From NCBI GenBank assembly GCA_963727825.1, contig CAVSHO010000009.1, positions 608,001 to 672,000 on the forward strand: DNA of 64,000 bases, read 5' to 3'. The position numbers and the translations under genes were made by a program. The notes under the pieces were generated by a model. That model searched no databases. It saw only the letters and a program-made list of their open reading frames with translations, and was not told the DNA's origin. Below are positions 1 to 9,499 of this stretch, one piece after another (the stretch's first letter is position 1; the number at the start of each line of letters is the position of its first letter). Origin of the DNA: Ignavibacteriota bacterium. Its GTDB lineage: Bacteria; Bacteroidota; Ignavibacteria; UBA10030.

Positions 1-1606
1 GATTGTTGTCGGTGTTAATTCGAACATTCCTTGCGGTTTCTAAAGTATTTGTAATAAACTTGATTCGATCTGGCGGCATCAATTCTTCAAACATATATTT
101 GGAAAAGTATTCAGCAGAAATTCCAGCGGCAACATAGCGTTGAGCAAGAGAATCCAATCGTGATACTAACGGTCTGGCGCTTGTTGTTCCGATAATTACT
201 GCATGCGTCCCCGGAACAATCAACGTATTAGTAAAGACGCGTCTAAGTGTTTGGTAGATAGAAGCATTCAGGTCTTTTAATTCGTCCGCTAGATATTCAG
301 TGGATGATGGAAATGAAAAGGCGAAAATACCCTTATCATTTAGAGATTGAAAACATTGCTGAAAGAATTCCACTGTATAAAATCGGTTCAAGCTTGCCGT
401 TGATGGTTCACCAACATTCATTAAAATAACATCGAAGGAAGGCATTTTACTATGCAATAACTCTCGTCCATCCATATTTACAATATGTACTCGAGAATCG
501 TGCAACGCTTGCCGATCTTGAATATTCACAACTGGTTCGACGAACGGAAGAAGAGCAGGATCGATTTCGACATATTCTACTTCTTGAACTGGATACTTTA
601 AGAGCTCCCTTAACACACCGTTGAATCCTCCTCCCAAAACAAGCACACGTTTCGCATCGGAATAGTGAACCATTATTGAATGAGTGAATAATTCAGCATC
701 GTATTTGTCGGGGATATTATAAATTGGTCGACCATCTGCGTAAAGCGTATGTTGATTTTCAAGGCGCATTAGCGAGAGATTCTGATATTTCGTATCTATA
801 GAACTGACGAATATCAGCTTATTGTTGATGAAAGACCACTGATATGAAGTAATCTTATATTCGAGCGAACGAATGGGCTGGAGTAAAACTGCAAACAAGA
901 TGACCATCCCGGCTAAGAAAAGTACCGCTAACCATTTTTTATCGGAAGACAAAATCCAAAACACCACACCCCAGGCAATTATAAAAATGAGAAAGACAAT
1001 CTGCAGCGTTGAAAACAGTAATGTAAAAAGGAATGAAAACAATAATCCACCGACAACGCTTCCGAGCGATTCAAGCATATATGCTTTGTTCGCGCCAAAC
1101 CAGAGTTTATTCCTTTCTGAAGTCAATGATTTCGCTCCAAGCGTGAAGAGCATTCCCCATAAAAAACAACCGATGCTAAGAACAACAAATGAGAATCCAA
1201 GTAAGTCGAGCATTGAGAGAAATTCACCAGTAGTTGTGTGGAGAAATGAACGAACAAATTTCACCGCGAGAATTTGCACAAGCGTTACAAGAGGCGTTAT
1301 AACAATAATTGCAAGAAAGAGGCTAGACACATTTTGATTATGCTTGACAACAATATTTCCGAATGCACTTCCGAGCCCAATCCACACTAACCAGCAAGCG
1401 AAAATGATCCCAATACTCAATTCGTTGCCATAGAAGCTAACAAGAAATTCCCGAACAAGAAGAATCTGCGAAAGAATTGAACCGAAACCAATGTAAAGAA
1501 GCGGTATCTGTTTTGTATATGAATAATTTGAATCTGTTTTAGAAATAGAAAGCCCAATGAGCGGATTGCTCACGGGCTTTCGGTTCATTTCGCCAAATGA
1601 TGTCAT
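1..1606 (-). CDS. Fused membrane (MFS-like)/spermidine-synthase-like protein, 3' end runs off the window
   Basis: Not in the ORF track; translated by hand from ATG 1606 (or 1588): SQILLVREFLVSFYGNELSIGIIFACWLVWIGLGS (membrane N-terminus), later VLVLGGGFNGVLRELLKYPVQEVEYVEIDP (SAM/dcSAM-binding motif of the spermidine synthase fold). Start uncertain. Confidence 0.8.
   Translation of the reverse strand, partial: MTSFGEMNRKPVSNPLIGLSISKTDSNYSYTKQIPLLYIGFGSILSQILLVREFLVSFYGNELSIGIIFACWLVWIGLGSAFGNIVVKHNQNVSSLFLAIIVITPLVTLVQILAVKFVRSFLHTTTGEFLSMLDLLGFSFVVLSIGCFLWGMLFTLGAKSLTSERNKLWFGANKAYMLESLGSVVGGLLFSFLFTLLFSTLQIVFLIFIIAWGVVFWILSSDKKWLAVLFLAGMVILFAVLLQPIRSLEYKITSYQWSFINNKLIFVSSIDTKYQNLSLMRLENQHTLYADGRPIYNIPDKYDAELFTHSIMVHYSDAKRVLVLGGGFNGVLRELLKYPVQEVEYVEIDPALLPFVEPVVNIQDRQALHDSRVHIVNMDGRELLHSKMPSFDVILMNVGEPSTASLNRFYTVEFFQQCFQSLNDKGIFAFSFPSSTEYLADELKDLNASIYQTLRRVFTNTLIVPGTHAVIIGTTSARPLVSRLDSLAQRYVAAGISAEYFSKYMFEELMPPDRIKFITNTLETARNVRINTDNN
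1549..1580 (-). terminator. Hairpin followed by a U-rich tract on the minus strand, downstream of amrS
   Basis: Minus strand reads AAAGCCCGTGAGC-AATCC-GCTCATTGGGCTTT then CTATTTCT. It overlaps the putative 5' end of the next CDS. Confidence 0.5.
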
Positions 1607-1651
1607 TTCTACTTTTTATACACTGGCATACACCATAATAAGAAAACTTAA

Positions 1652-2809
1652 TTAACTCCAGATACCGGGGATTTTTTCTCCGCAGAATTTGCACTTCCCT
1701 TTTACAATATGATTGGCAAGGATGGTGAACACTTGCCGTTCAACGATAATTTTCTTACACTTTGGGCAATAAGTGTTTTCTGCCCAATGGCCACCGACAT
1801 TTCCAAGATAAACATATTTGATTCCTGCTTCTTTTGCGATTGCATGTGCCTTTTCTAATGTAACTGTTGGAGTTGATGGAAGCTGACTGAGTTTGTAAAG
1901 CGGGGTGAAACGGCTAAAATGCAAAGGCGTATCGGACAAACCGTTAGTACACAGCCACTCGCACATCCGTTTGATAGTGTCTAAGTTGTCGGTCCATGTC
2001 GGAATGACAAGGTTTGTAATCTCTAACCAAACACCTTCTTCATGAAAAATTTTTAGTGTTCTGAGTACCGGGGCAAGTTTTCCGGCACTTAGCTTTGTGT
2101 ATATTGCATCATCGAAAACTTTCAAATCTATGTTTGCCGCGTTCATCACTTTGCATAATTGACGAAGAGGTTTTTCGTTGATGTACCCAGCGGATTTCCA
2201 AACGTTGTTAATTTTCTGCTCATGCGCCAATTTTGCGGTATCATATGCGTACTCGTAAAACGTTACCGGCTCAGAATAAGTGTAAGCAATGGATTCACAG
2301 CCTGCATTAACGCATGCCTTAACAACTTCTTCCGGCATTAAATCGACGTTGTCGGATTCTTTTGGACTGACTTGTGAGATTTGCCAGTTCTGGCAATTGA
2401 GGCACCGAAAGTTGCATCCTGCGGCAGCAATGGAGAAGGCATGCGTGGTAGGAAGGAAATGGAAAAAGGGCTTTTTCTCAATCGGGTCAATATGCACCGC
2501 ACATGGATTTCCATACGCGATGGAATACATTTTTCCATCACTTGCAACACGATTGCGGCAAAAACCAACATCTCCGTTGTTCAGCAACAAGCAACCTTGC
2601 GGACATTTTTCACACTGTAGCCCATAGGCGGTCTTTGTATAGAAGAGCGCTTCCTTGCTGAACTTTCCTAAATCGTTGTTTGATGGAAGTGAAAACCAAT
2701 TTGGTCTGTACGCGCCAATGGCAAGTCCGCCAGCACAAAAAGCGCACTGGCGAAGAAATTCGCGCTTGGTAACAGCGCGTGATTGTCTGAATTCGGTTTT
2801 GATATCCAC
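1652..2809 (-). CDS. amrS: AmmeMemoRadiSam system radical SAM enzyme
   Basis: CNFRCLNC radical SAM motif, HIDPIEKKPFFHFLP, IAYTYSEP, C-terminal CPKC...CKFC; adjacent to the Memo/AMMECR1 gene. Confidence 0.93.
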   Translation of the reverse strand: MDIKTEFRQSRAVTKREFLRQCAFCAGGLAIGAYRPNWFSLPSNNDLGKFSKEALFYTKTAYGLQCEKCPQGCLLLNNGDVGFCRNRVASDGKMYSIAYGNPCAVHIDPIEKKPFFHFLPTTHAFSIAAAGCNFRCLNCQNWQISQVSPKESDNVDLMPEEVVKACVNAGCESIAYTYSEPVTFYEYAYDTAKLAHEQKINNVWKSAGYINEKPLRQLCKVMNAANIDLKVFDDAIYTKLSAGKLAPVLRTLKIFHEEGVWLEITNLVIPTWTDNLDTIKRMCEWLCTNGLSDTPLHFSRFTPLYKLSQLPSTPTVTLEKAHAIAKEAGIKYVYLGNVGGHWAENTYCPKCKKIIVERQVFTILANHIVKGKCKFCGEKIPGIWS

Positions 2810-2847
2810 AACAAAATTCTATATAAAATTGATTAATAACTATCCAC

Positions 2848-4350
2848 TTACTTTTTCTCTTCTCCGAACACCAAAGCTTCATACACAAATAACTCCGCAT
2901 CCTTCCAGCCATCCCAGCTAATGCCTGCTTTATCCTGAGCGCAGTGGCCCAGGAATTCTTCTTTTGTCCAACCGGTTTCTGCAGCCACCTGCGGCAGGAA
3001 TGTTCCAGAGCGGTATCCTTTTCGAATGTAAATACCATGCTTGCCAAGTTCTATTTCATCTACCGAGCTAATTCGCCGCATCGGCGTTAGCACGGAAATT
3101 TCTATTTCAAGTTCTGGAATTTCGCTAGATTCAACTGGTAAGAAGCGAGAATCCTGTGTTGACGATGCAATTGCCATTTCCTGCACAACTTTGTAAAGCG
3201 GCTCGCTCGCATCGAATCTCCCAATGCATCCGCGTAAGTTGCCGTTCTTTTTCAGAGTGACAAACGCACCGCAGTTTGTTTTCAATATCGGTGACAGATT
3301 CTTTTCATCTATTTCAGGCCTTGTATTATTCTTTACATAATGCTCAATTGTATTACGCGCAATTGCAAGCAGATTCTTTTTGTCTTTATCAGTAAGCTTG
3401 AATTCCGATCGTCCCTTCTTCTCTTTCAATGAGACAGTGATTGCGTTGTAGCCAACAACTCGGTTTTTATCTCCATATTCCGAATCACCGGAATTTTTAT
3501 ATTGAATATGAGTAAATGCAACATCTGCATTTCCTTCCGTCATGTAAAGTAATGTCAACACACTTGTCCAACCGCAAAGGCAGGTAGCAAGATTGGAAAT
3601 ACCTTTCTGCTCATAATTCACCATCGAGCGTATAAGATTCTCGGGTGAGTTAGTAAGAATCGCATCGGCAGTCGCTTTGTCTACGTTCTTTGCATCTGAG
3701 TAGGATGGATAGTGCGAAAAGTCTGTGCTGATGACAAAGAGATTTTTCGTGTTTAAATATGGATGCAATGCCTCGGCAATACGCCGGCAGGTTTCCGGAG
3801 ACTGAGTTCCAAGAATAATTGGAACAATTCTAAAATCCTTCTTCATTCGATATTGAAGAAAAGGAAGCTGCACTTCCAGACTGTGCTCGCGCGCATGTGC
3901 ATCCGTTCGATTGGAGAAAACACTGTTATTCTTGATAAGTTGATCGGCAAGCTTTGTGTTGACCTTCACCGTGCCCAGCGGCGTTATAAAATTGCCCTGT
4001 GAGTAAATCGATGCACCTTCAAAAGCAACATAGTGACTTGAACCAAGAATGAAGATGTTCTCATATTCTTTTGTCGGATCAATCTGGTTAAATGACGAAG
4101 CTGCCACTTCGCCGGAAAAAACATATCCCGCATGTGGAGAGATGATAGCAATAATGTTTTGAATATCTTTAGATGGGACAGCATTTGTGAAGAGCTGCTT
4201 CAATGTTACATTGAGTGTGTCCTGCCCAGCGGGATAGAACGAACCTGCAACTGCAGGCTGCCTGTCGATATTATTTTCTTGTGATTGGCAATCGGCACAC
4301 AAAAGCAGGAGGCAAGAAGCAATGACCGTAAGAGTCTTAGTTCTGTGCAT
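2848..4350 (-). CDS. amrB: AmmeMemoRadiSam protein B (Memo) fused to protein A (AMMECR1), with signal-peptide-like N-terminus
   Basis: RQPAVAGSFYP, PHAGYVFSG, EHSLEVQLPFLQ, STDFSHYP (Memo), then GAFVTL...LRGCIG, EISVLTP, GTFLPQVA (AMMECR1). Confidence 0.93.
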   Translation of the reverse strand: MHRTKTLTVIASCLLLLCADCQSQENNIDRQPAVAGSFYPAGQDTLNVTLKQLFTNAVPSKDIQNIIAIISPHAGYVFSGEVAASSFNQIDPTKEYENIFILGSSHYVAFEGASIYSQGNFITPLGTVKVNTKLADQLIKNNSVFSNRTDAHAREHSLEVQLPFLQYRMKKDFRIVPIILGTQSPETCRRIAEALHPYLNTKNLFVISTDFSHYPSYSDAKNVDKATADAILTNSPENLIRSMVNYEQKGISNLATCLCGWTSVLTLLYMTEGNADVAFTHIQYKNSGDSEYGDKNRVVGYNAITVSLKEKKGRSEFKLTDKDKKNLLAIARNTIEHYVKNNTRPEIDEKNLSPILKTNCGAFVTLKKNGNLRGCIGRFDASEPLYKVVQEMAIASSTQDSRFLPVESSEIPELEIEISVLTPMRRISSVDEIELGKHGIYIRKGYRSGTFLPQVAAETGWTKEEFLGHCAQDKAGISWDGWKDAELFVYEALVFGEEKK

Positions 4351-4478
4351 AAGATGAGTCCTACATTATTCGGTAGAAACTTAACGAGAAGAATGAAGAG
4401 TTGCAAGTTGAGTCTATTGACCGACAGAGATATATTTATATCATAGAAATTATTCCGTAATCTATTTTATTTTTTTTC

Positions 4479-5342
4479 TTATTGAGATACAGATTTAGCT
4501 AATTGAACGGAAAGCCATAATTCCATTCGTTCCGTTTTTTTAGTACCACCAGAATGACCGCCTTGATGTCCGTTACCGTGGGATCTTCTGCCGCCGCCAA
4601 TGCTGCCTCCTTCTGTAGAATTATCTTCACCCACTTCTTCGTCACGATTATTTCCGCCTTCAATGCGCATGCCGTCTTTTCTTTGTTCTGGCTTGAATTC
4701 ACCTGTTTCGAATTCAATTCCGATACGGTGTGCTGAAACCGGTTCGATGGCAAATGGCTGCTCAGAAGTTTTATTTAATGGTACGCACAATTCATATATT
4801 AATGTCTCGTGTATGCGGCCAAGTTTTACACGAATACCCGGCACTTCCAACAATGAGAACCGTTGAATATTTTCCTTCTTTGGACCAATAATCTCCATTT
4901 CAGGAAACTCTTGGTCAAGAAACGTGTAAAGTTTTTCTTCGTTGGTATCAGGAGAAAATCCGGCATGCATTTCTTGCCGGCTTATTGGATATTTGATGCC
5001 AAATGTCTGATTTTTTCCATCTTCTCTATCAAACCAAACCATCAAACCTTGTCTCATAATTTGCATTTGGGTGGATCGATTTTGGGTTTTCAGAAGAATG
5101 TAGACATATTTATCATCGTTCCGAACGCCATATACCATATCAGATTCTTTATCGTAATATAATCCGCGCTGCCATTGAGAATCGCTCCCGTCAATATTCA
5201 TCTTACCTTGCTGCCAATCGCTGGCAAGTTTAAGCCCGCTACTGCAGCCATTCAGTATAGTCAACAGCGCCGTTATAATTAGTAATAGTAAAAATGTTTT
5301 GCGTAAGCACAGCTTTCGTTTTAACATCGTTGTATTCCTCAT
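4479..5342 (-). CDS. Hypothetical lipoprotein with Gly-rich low-complexity C-terminal loop
   Basis: Basic N-terminus, hydrophobic stretch and lipobox-like LNGC; GGSIGGGRRSHGNGHQGGHSGG near the end. Confidence 0.65.
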   Translation of the reverse strand: MRNTTMLKRKLCLRKTFLLLLIITALLTILNGCSSGLKLASDWQQGKMNIDGSDSQWQRGLYYDKESDMVYGVRNDDKYVYILLKTQNRSTQMQIMRQGLMVWFDREDGKNQTFGIKYPISRQEMHAGFSPDTNEEKLYTFLDQEFPEMEIIGPKKENIQRFSLLEVPGIRVKLGRIHETLIYELCVPLNKTSEQPFAIEPVSAHRIGIEFETGEFKPEQRKDGMRIEGGNNRDEEVGEDNSTEGGSIGGGRRSHGNGHQGGHSGGTKKTERMELWLSVQLAKSVSQ

Positions 5343-5387
5343 TCTTCCCTTTGCCTTTTAATAGTTCCTATGTTTGCAGATAAACTG

Positions 5388-5517
5388 GAAGCCATCTCAA
5401 AAATAGAATATTCTATAAAAAATGTCACCCTGAGCTCGTCGAAGGGTGAATAATCAGGACATAGTCAGTCTTCGACAAGCTCAGACTGACTATGTTATTG
5501 TTTTTGAAATAGGTTCT
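5388..5517. repeat. REP/MITE-like palindromic element
   Basis: TCACCCTGAGCTCGTCGAAGGGTGA and TAGTCAGTCTTCGACAAGCTCAGACTGACTA are each hairpins and are mutually inverted. Flanked by imperfect inverted ends (GAAGCCATCTCAAAAATA / TGTTTTTGAAATAGGTTC). Confidence 0.65.
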
Positions 5518-5681
5518 AATAAATATGACGAACAAAAAATGCCTTGGTTCCCTAAATGAAATAATTTATGCAAGGTTGTTAACAAAAAGAATTGTTTGGT
5601 AAAGTCTGTTTCACTGATTGAGTTCATAGAAAAAGAATACTACATTTTTTCTAGAAACAACACTTAAAAGGAATTAAAATA

Positions 5682-6452
5682 ATGACATCACTCGCTAATA
5701 CTATTGTTTTCATAACTGGTGCCAGCAGCGGCATCGGACGTTCTTGTGCACGAGCATTTGCTGAAGCCGGCGCAGACCTCATTCTCGTCGCACGCCGTAA
5801 AAATCGGTTAAAAAAAATCGCGGATGATTTAAGGAAACAGTTTAACACCGAAATATTTATTAACGAATTAGATGTGCGTGACAATCGTGCTGTAGCGAGG
5901 TTTTATAAACAACTTTCTGCTGAATGGCGGGATATAGATATTCTCATCAACAACGCCGGATTAAGCCGCGGACTAAATAAATTATGTGAGGGAAAATTTG
6001 AAGACTGGGAGGAAATGATCGACACGAATGTTAAGGGGCTGCTCTACGTTAGCCGCACTGTGCTTCCCGGAATGGTAGAACGCAAGAAGGGCACAGTCAT
6101 CAACATCGGTTCCGTTGCCGGACATGATGTCTACCCAGGCGGAAACGTGTACTGTGCAACCAAGCACGCTGTTGACGCGCTTACGAAGGGCATGAGGATG
6201 GATTTAGTTGATACACCAATTCGCGTTTGCACAGTTGATCCGGGATTAGTGGAAACAGAATTCAGCGAAGTGCGCTTCCACGGTGACAAGGAACGCGCGA
6301 AGAAAACATATCAAAACATGATACCTCTAACGCCTGATGATATTGCAGATGCTGTTTTATTCGCAGCTACACGCCCGCCGCATGTACAAATTGCCGAGTT
6401 AATTATCATGCCGACTGCACAGGCTTCGGCAACGCTTGTACATCGCACATAA
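5682..6452 (+). CDS. SDR family oxidoreductase (YdfG-like NADP-dependent 3-hydroxy acid dehydrogenase)
   Basis: TGASSGIG, NNAG, YCATK catalytic motif, PGLVETEFS. Confidence 0.9.
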   Translation: MTSLANTIVFITGASSGIGRSCARAFAEAGADLILVARRKNRLKKIADDLRKQFNTEIFINELDVRDNRAVARFYKQLSAEWRDIDILINNAGLSRGLNKLCEGKFEDWEEMIDTNVKGLLYVSRTVLPGMVERKKGTVINIGSVAGHDVYPGGNVYCATKHAVDALTKGMRMDLVDTPIRVCTVDPGLVETEFSEVRFHGDKERAKKTYQNMIPLTPDDIADAVLFAATRPPHVQIAELIIMPTAQASATLVHRT

Positions 6453-6530
6453 TAACAGGTTAGAAGTAATTCTCAATGCGAAAAGAATTTGAGAGGTTTA
6501 CGGGGAAAATTTTCGGGGATTTTGATGCGT

Positions 6531-7160
6531 TTATTCAATAATCTTATTTTTAAAAGCATATTTAACCAGCTCGATATTTGACCTTGCATTAAGTTTAGTA
6601 AAAATACGCTTACGGTAAGAGTTGACTGTATTCAAAGAAACTTTATACTCTCCGGCAATTTCTTTGGAACTTTTTCCCTCTGCCAGTCTTCGCAACACTT
6701 CATATTCGCGGTCGGTCAAATTGTGATGCTTTGGCTTACTTATTGCTTCATCTATAATATCCGGAAGTTCCTGCTGAACTTCCGGACTGAAATATTTCAT
6801 ACCTCGTGTAACCGTACGTACTGCTTTGATTAATTCTTCCCCCGGTTCGGCTTTTGTTAAGTATCCTGATGCCCCCGCTTGTAATATCCTGCGCGCATAC
6901 TGCGATACGGGAACCATGCTCAAGATCAATACCGGCACCTTGGATTCAATGGTTCTAATCGAGCTAAGAATTTCAAGTCCGCCTTTTCCCGGAAGATTGA
7001 TATCAAGAATAATAATATCCCATTTGTTGTTTTGTATCTGCTCCATTGCGTCTTCGTAATTTCCTGCTCGTGCAAGTTTCGTAATATCGAAATTGTCAGT
7101 TAAAATGTGAATGATTCCTTCACGCGTAAATTCATGATCATCTACAACAAGCGCTCTCAT
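6531..7160 (-). CDS. NarL/LuxR-family response regulator
   Basis: VVDDH, ILDINLPG phospho-acceptor, GYLTK, C-terminal LTDREYEVL...TVNSYRKRIFTKL HTH. Confidence 0.93.
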   Translation of the reverse strand: MRALVVDDHEFTREGIIHILTDNFDITKLARAGNYEDAMEQIQNNKWDIIILDINLPGKGGLEILSSIRTIESKVPVLILSMVPVSQYARRILQAGASGYLTKAEPGEELIKAVRTVTRGMKYFSPEVQQELPDIIDEAISKPKHHNLTDREYEVLRRLAEGKSSKEIAGEYKVSLNTVNSYRKRIFTKLNARSNIELVKYAFKNKIIE

Positions 7161-7162
7161 AG

Positions 7163-8002
7163 TTAATTACTCTCCGCCATTGACACCTTTGCCACATCTG
7201 CTACCACTGATTGATTCCCGTTGTGGATCGGGGCATTTAAAATAATGCATGTGCCTTTCCCGAGATTACTCGTGATTACAATTTTCCCGCCTAATATCCG
7301 GGCGCGTTCCTGCATGCTCATAATTCCTAATGACTCAGGATGAACAATCATTGCCTGATCAATACCTTTACCGTTGTCTGCTATTTCCACCTGGAGATCG
7401 CCGTTGTTTAATCGCATTGTAACTTCAGCGTGTGTAGCTTCTGAATGACGGGCAACATTGGTTAATGCTTCTTGAATTATCCTATAGACACCCGTTGTCA
7501 TCGCATCATTCAGAGATGGAAGCTTATCTGTTTGTTTGAGCCCTACTTCGATTGAAGTCCTTTTTGTGAATTCATGTATATGCCATTCCACCGCCGCTTC
7601 CAAGCCGACAGTATCTAATATTTTGGGCCTCAATCCGGAAGAGATTCTCTGAACAGTTTTCGTCGTTGTATCGACCATAGCCCGTATAGCTTCATACCGT
7701 TCTTTTACAATACTCTTCTTCATTGCAGTATGTTTTCCCAGCCAGAGCAGGTCATACTTGATGCCTGTCAGCGCGCCGCCGAGTTCATCGTGCAGTTCTC
7801 GGGCAATCTGTTTTTGTTCTTCCTCCCGTGCAGCTTGCAGCTTTTCTGAAAATATTTGCATTTGGCGAAGCCGTTCGCGCTGAGCGGCTTCTATTTTACG
7901 ATGGCTCCGTACCATCATCAGCACAAAAAATAAAAACAATCCTAGCATTACAATTGTAACGCTGAAAATTGCTATAAGTATTATGTTTGAGTCTGAGGAC
8001 AC
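7163..8002 (-). CDS. NarX/UhpB-type (HisKA_3) histidine kinase with one TM helix and no sensor domain
   Basis: One N-terminal hydrophobic helix, then IARELHDELGG H-box, QEALTNVARHS N-box, DNGKG, G-boxes. GTG start overlaps the upstream gene by 22 nt. Confidence 0.9.
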   Translation of the reverse strand: MSSDSNIILIAIFSVTIVMLGLFLFFVLMMVRSHRKIEAAQRERLRQMQIFSEKLQAAREEEQKQIARELHDELGGALTGIKYDLLWLGKHTAMKKSIVKERYEAIRAMVDTTTKTVQRISSGLRPKILDTVGLEAAVEWHIHEFTKRTSIEVGLKQTDKLPSLNDAMTTGVYRIIQEALTNVARHSEATHAEVTMRLNNGDLQVEIADNGKGIDQAMIVHPESLGIMSMQERARILGGKIVITSNLGKGTCIILNAPIHNGNQSVVADVAKVSMAESN

Positions 8003-8622
8003 AAGAATCCTATTGCAAAAAGTACATTAAAAAGGACCTTAAGACTCCAATCTATAGAAGAAACAAGTAAAAAATTTTCTACAGAAAAATGGATGAGAAT
8101 CCCGCGTAACGCAATAATTAACAATGTTCCTGCATAATAGATCACACAGGAAAGAAGTATCCAAAAACGATGATTATTTATTAAGGACTGCGTTCGATTT
8201 CCAATGACAATAAATAAAGTATATCCCGCACCGAGCGTAAGAATGACCTGTGAAGCACATGCTGTAACCGAATATAATCCATTTAGAGGCTCAAACGTGA
8301 ACTTTGCAATGATCCAAAAAATTACGTAAAGCAACATTAGTACTTGAAATAATTTCTTTATCCGACGCGATTCCTGCCAAAAAGTAACAATAGACATGAT
8401 AAATATATATTCTATGAGATAATAAGCATGGTGAAGTCCAAGAGCAAATTGATATCCCCTAACGAACCATATAAAATAAATGTCTGCCGCAAATGCAAAT
8501 ATTAGATAAAAAAGTATAATATACATTTCTCGGTGTAATACCTTTATTTTCGAAATTCCTACACCGATCGGTAAAACAGAACTGAAGATTGATATATACG
8601 TTAATAATGGATATGGATTCAT
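7981..8622 (-). CDS. Uncharacterised integral membrane protein (~7 TM), probable sensory partner of the kinase
   Basis: Seven hydrophobic segments with short loops; stop codon lies inside the kinase 5' end. Confidence 0.75.
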   Translation of the reverse strand: MNPYPLLTYISIFSSVLPIGVGISKIKVLHREMYIILFYLIFAFAADIYFIWFVRGYQFALGLHHAYYLIEYIFIMSIVTFWQESRRIKKLFQVLMLLYVIFWIIAKFTFEPLNGLYSVTACASQVILTLGAGYTLFIVIGNRTQSLINNHRFWILLSCVIYYAGTLLIIALRGILIHFSVENFLLVSSIDWSLKVLFNVLFAIGFLCPQTQT

Positions 8623-8822
8623 CTGCTATGAATATAGAAGTCGTTCTTGAAATATGAACTCTAAATATCATAAGTCAATCAACAGAATGTCGTTCCATCA
8701 ACAAATAAAGTCTACGACACTTGAATATTGATACGGTGGACATCGCTTATCGTACATTTCCACCACATTATATTATGACTTTTAAGATAGCAAATGAATC
8801 TCGCTCTTGCAATCTAAGTATC

Positions 8823-9194
8823 TTAATTACCACACCAGGGGGGACAAAGATCTACCGGACCAGCCAAAACAGTTGGAACCATATCCTTTCCATATTTATC
8901 AACTCCAACAATCGCGAATCCAGATCTGCCGTTTACATGTTTGGCATAATACATGCGAACTCCTACACAGCCGGGTTGCTTCATGGTTTTTTCTACAACA
9001 TCCTTTCCAAAGTAATGAACAAGTACATCATTCGACGAAACAGAGATGCGGTGTACGTTTGTCAGAGCGGCTAAATTCTGTGAAGCACTTGATTGTCCTG
9101 CATTAATAGATTTATCGGTTGATGGATAAACGAAGAACATGATCACGCTTATTGCGAGGATCGAGGCGACAGCAACAATTTTCTTTATAGACAT
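8823..9194 (-). CDS. Small exported protein with C-terminal CPPWC motif
   Basis: RBS-like AAGGAG upstream; MSIKK plus hydrophobic helix; HYFGKDVVE..QPGCVGVRMYY..AIVGVDKYGKD..LCPPWCGN. Confidence 0.75.
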   Translation of the reverse strand: MSIKKIVAVASILAISVIMFFVYPSTDKSINAGQSSASQNLAALTNVHRISVSSNDVLVHYFGKDVVEKTMKQPGCVGVRMYYAKHVNGRSGFAIVGVDKYGKDMVPTVLAGPVDLCPPWCGN

Positions 9195-9499
9195 TTGAAA
9201 TCTCCTTAAGAAGATGATTAGTTTTTTTTATTTATTCACGATCAATAGACAAGAATGTATATAATGGTGACATTGGAAAACAATACGGTGGGGAGCGCGT
9301 TGGCTGCGATTTACAGATTTCAAACATTGTAGTCCTTTCAATGTTTTTTATGATCAATGCTAACGAAAACTGTGGGTCAATTTTTTGTTCAGCCTGTTCT
9401 AAGCAACCTTGACAACCTTTCAAAATAGCTCAAACAACGTAAAATATTCAATACTGCATTTGTGTCAAATTGCTATACGAGTAAATTAACATGTATTCT

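Noticed and set aside
873-1337. 154-aa plus-strand ORF
   Set aside because: Antisense shadow of the membrane domain of the spermidine-synthase-like gene. The other short ORFs nested in or antisense to motif-bearing genes were rejected likewise.
9232-9423. 63-aa ORF upstream of the CPPWC gene as a second peptide
   Set aside because: TTG start, no clear RBS and no recognisable features; probably promoter DNA.
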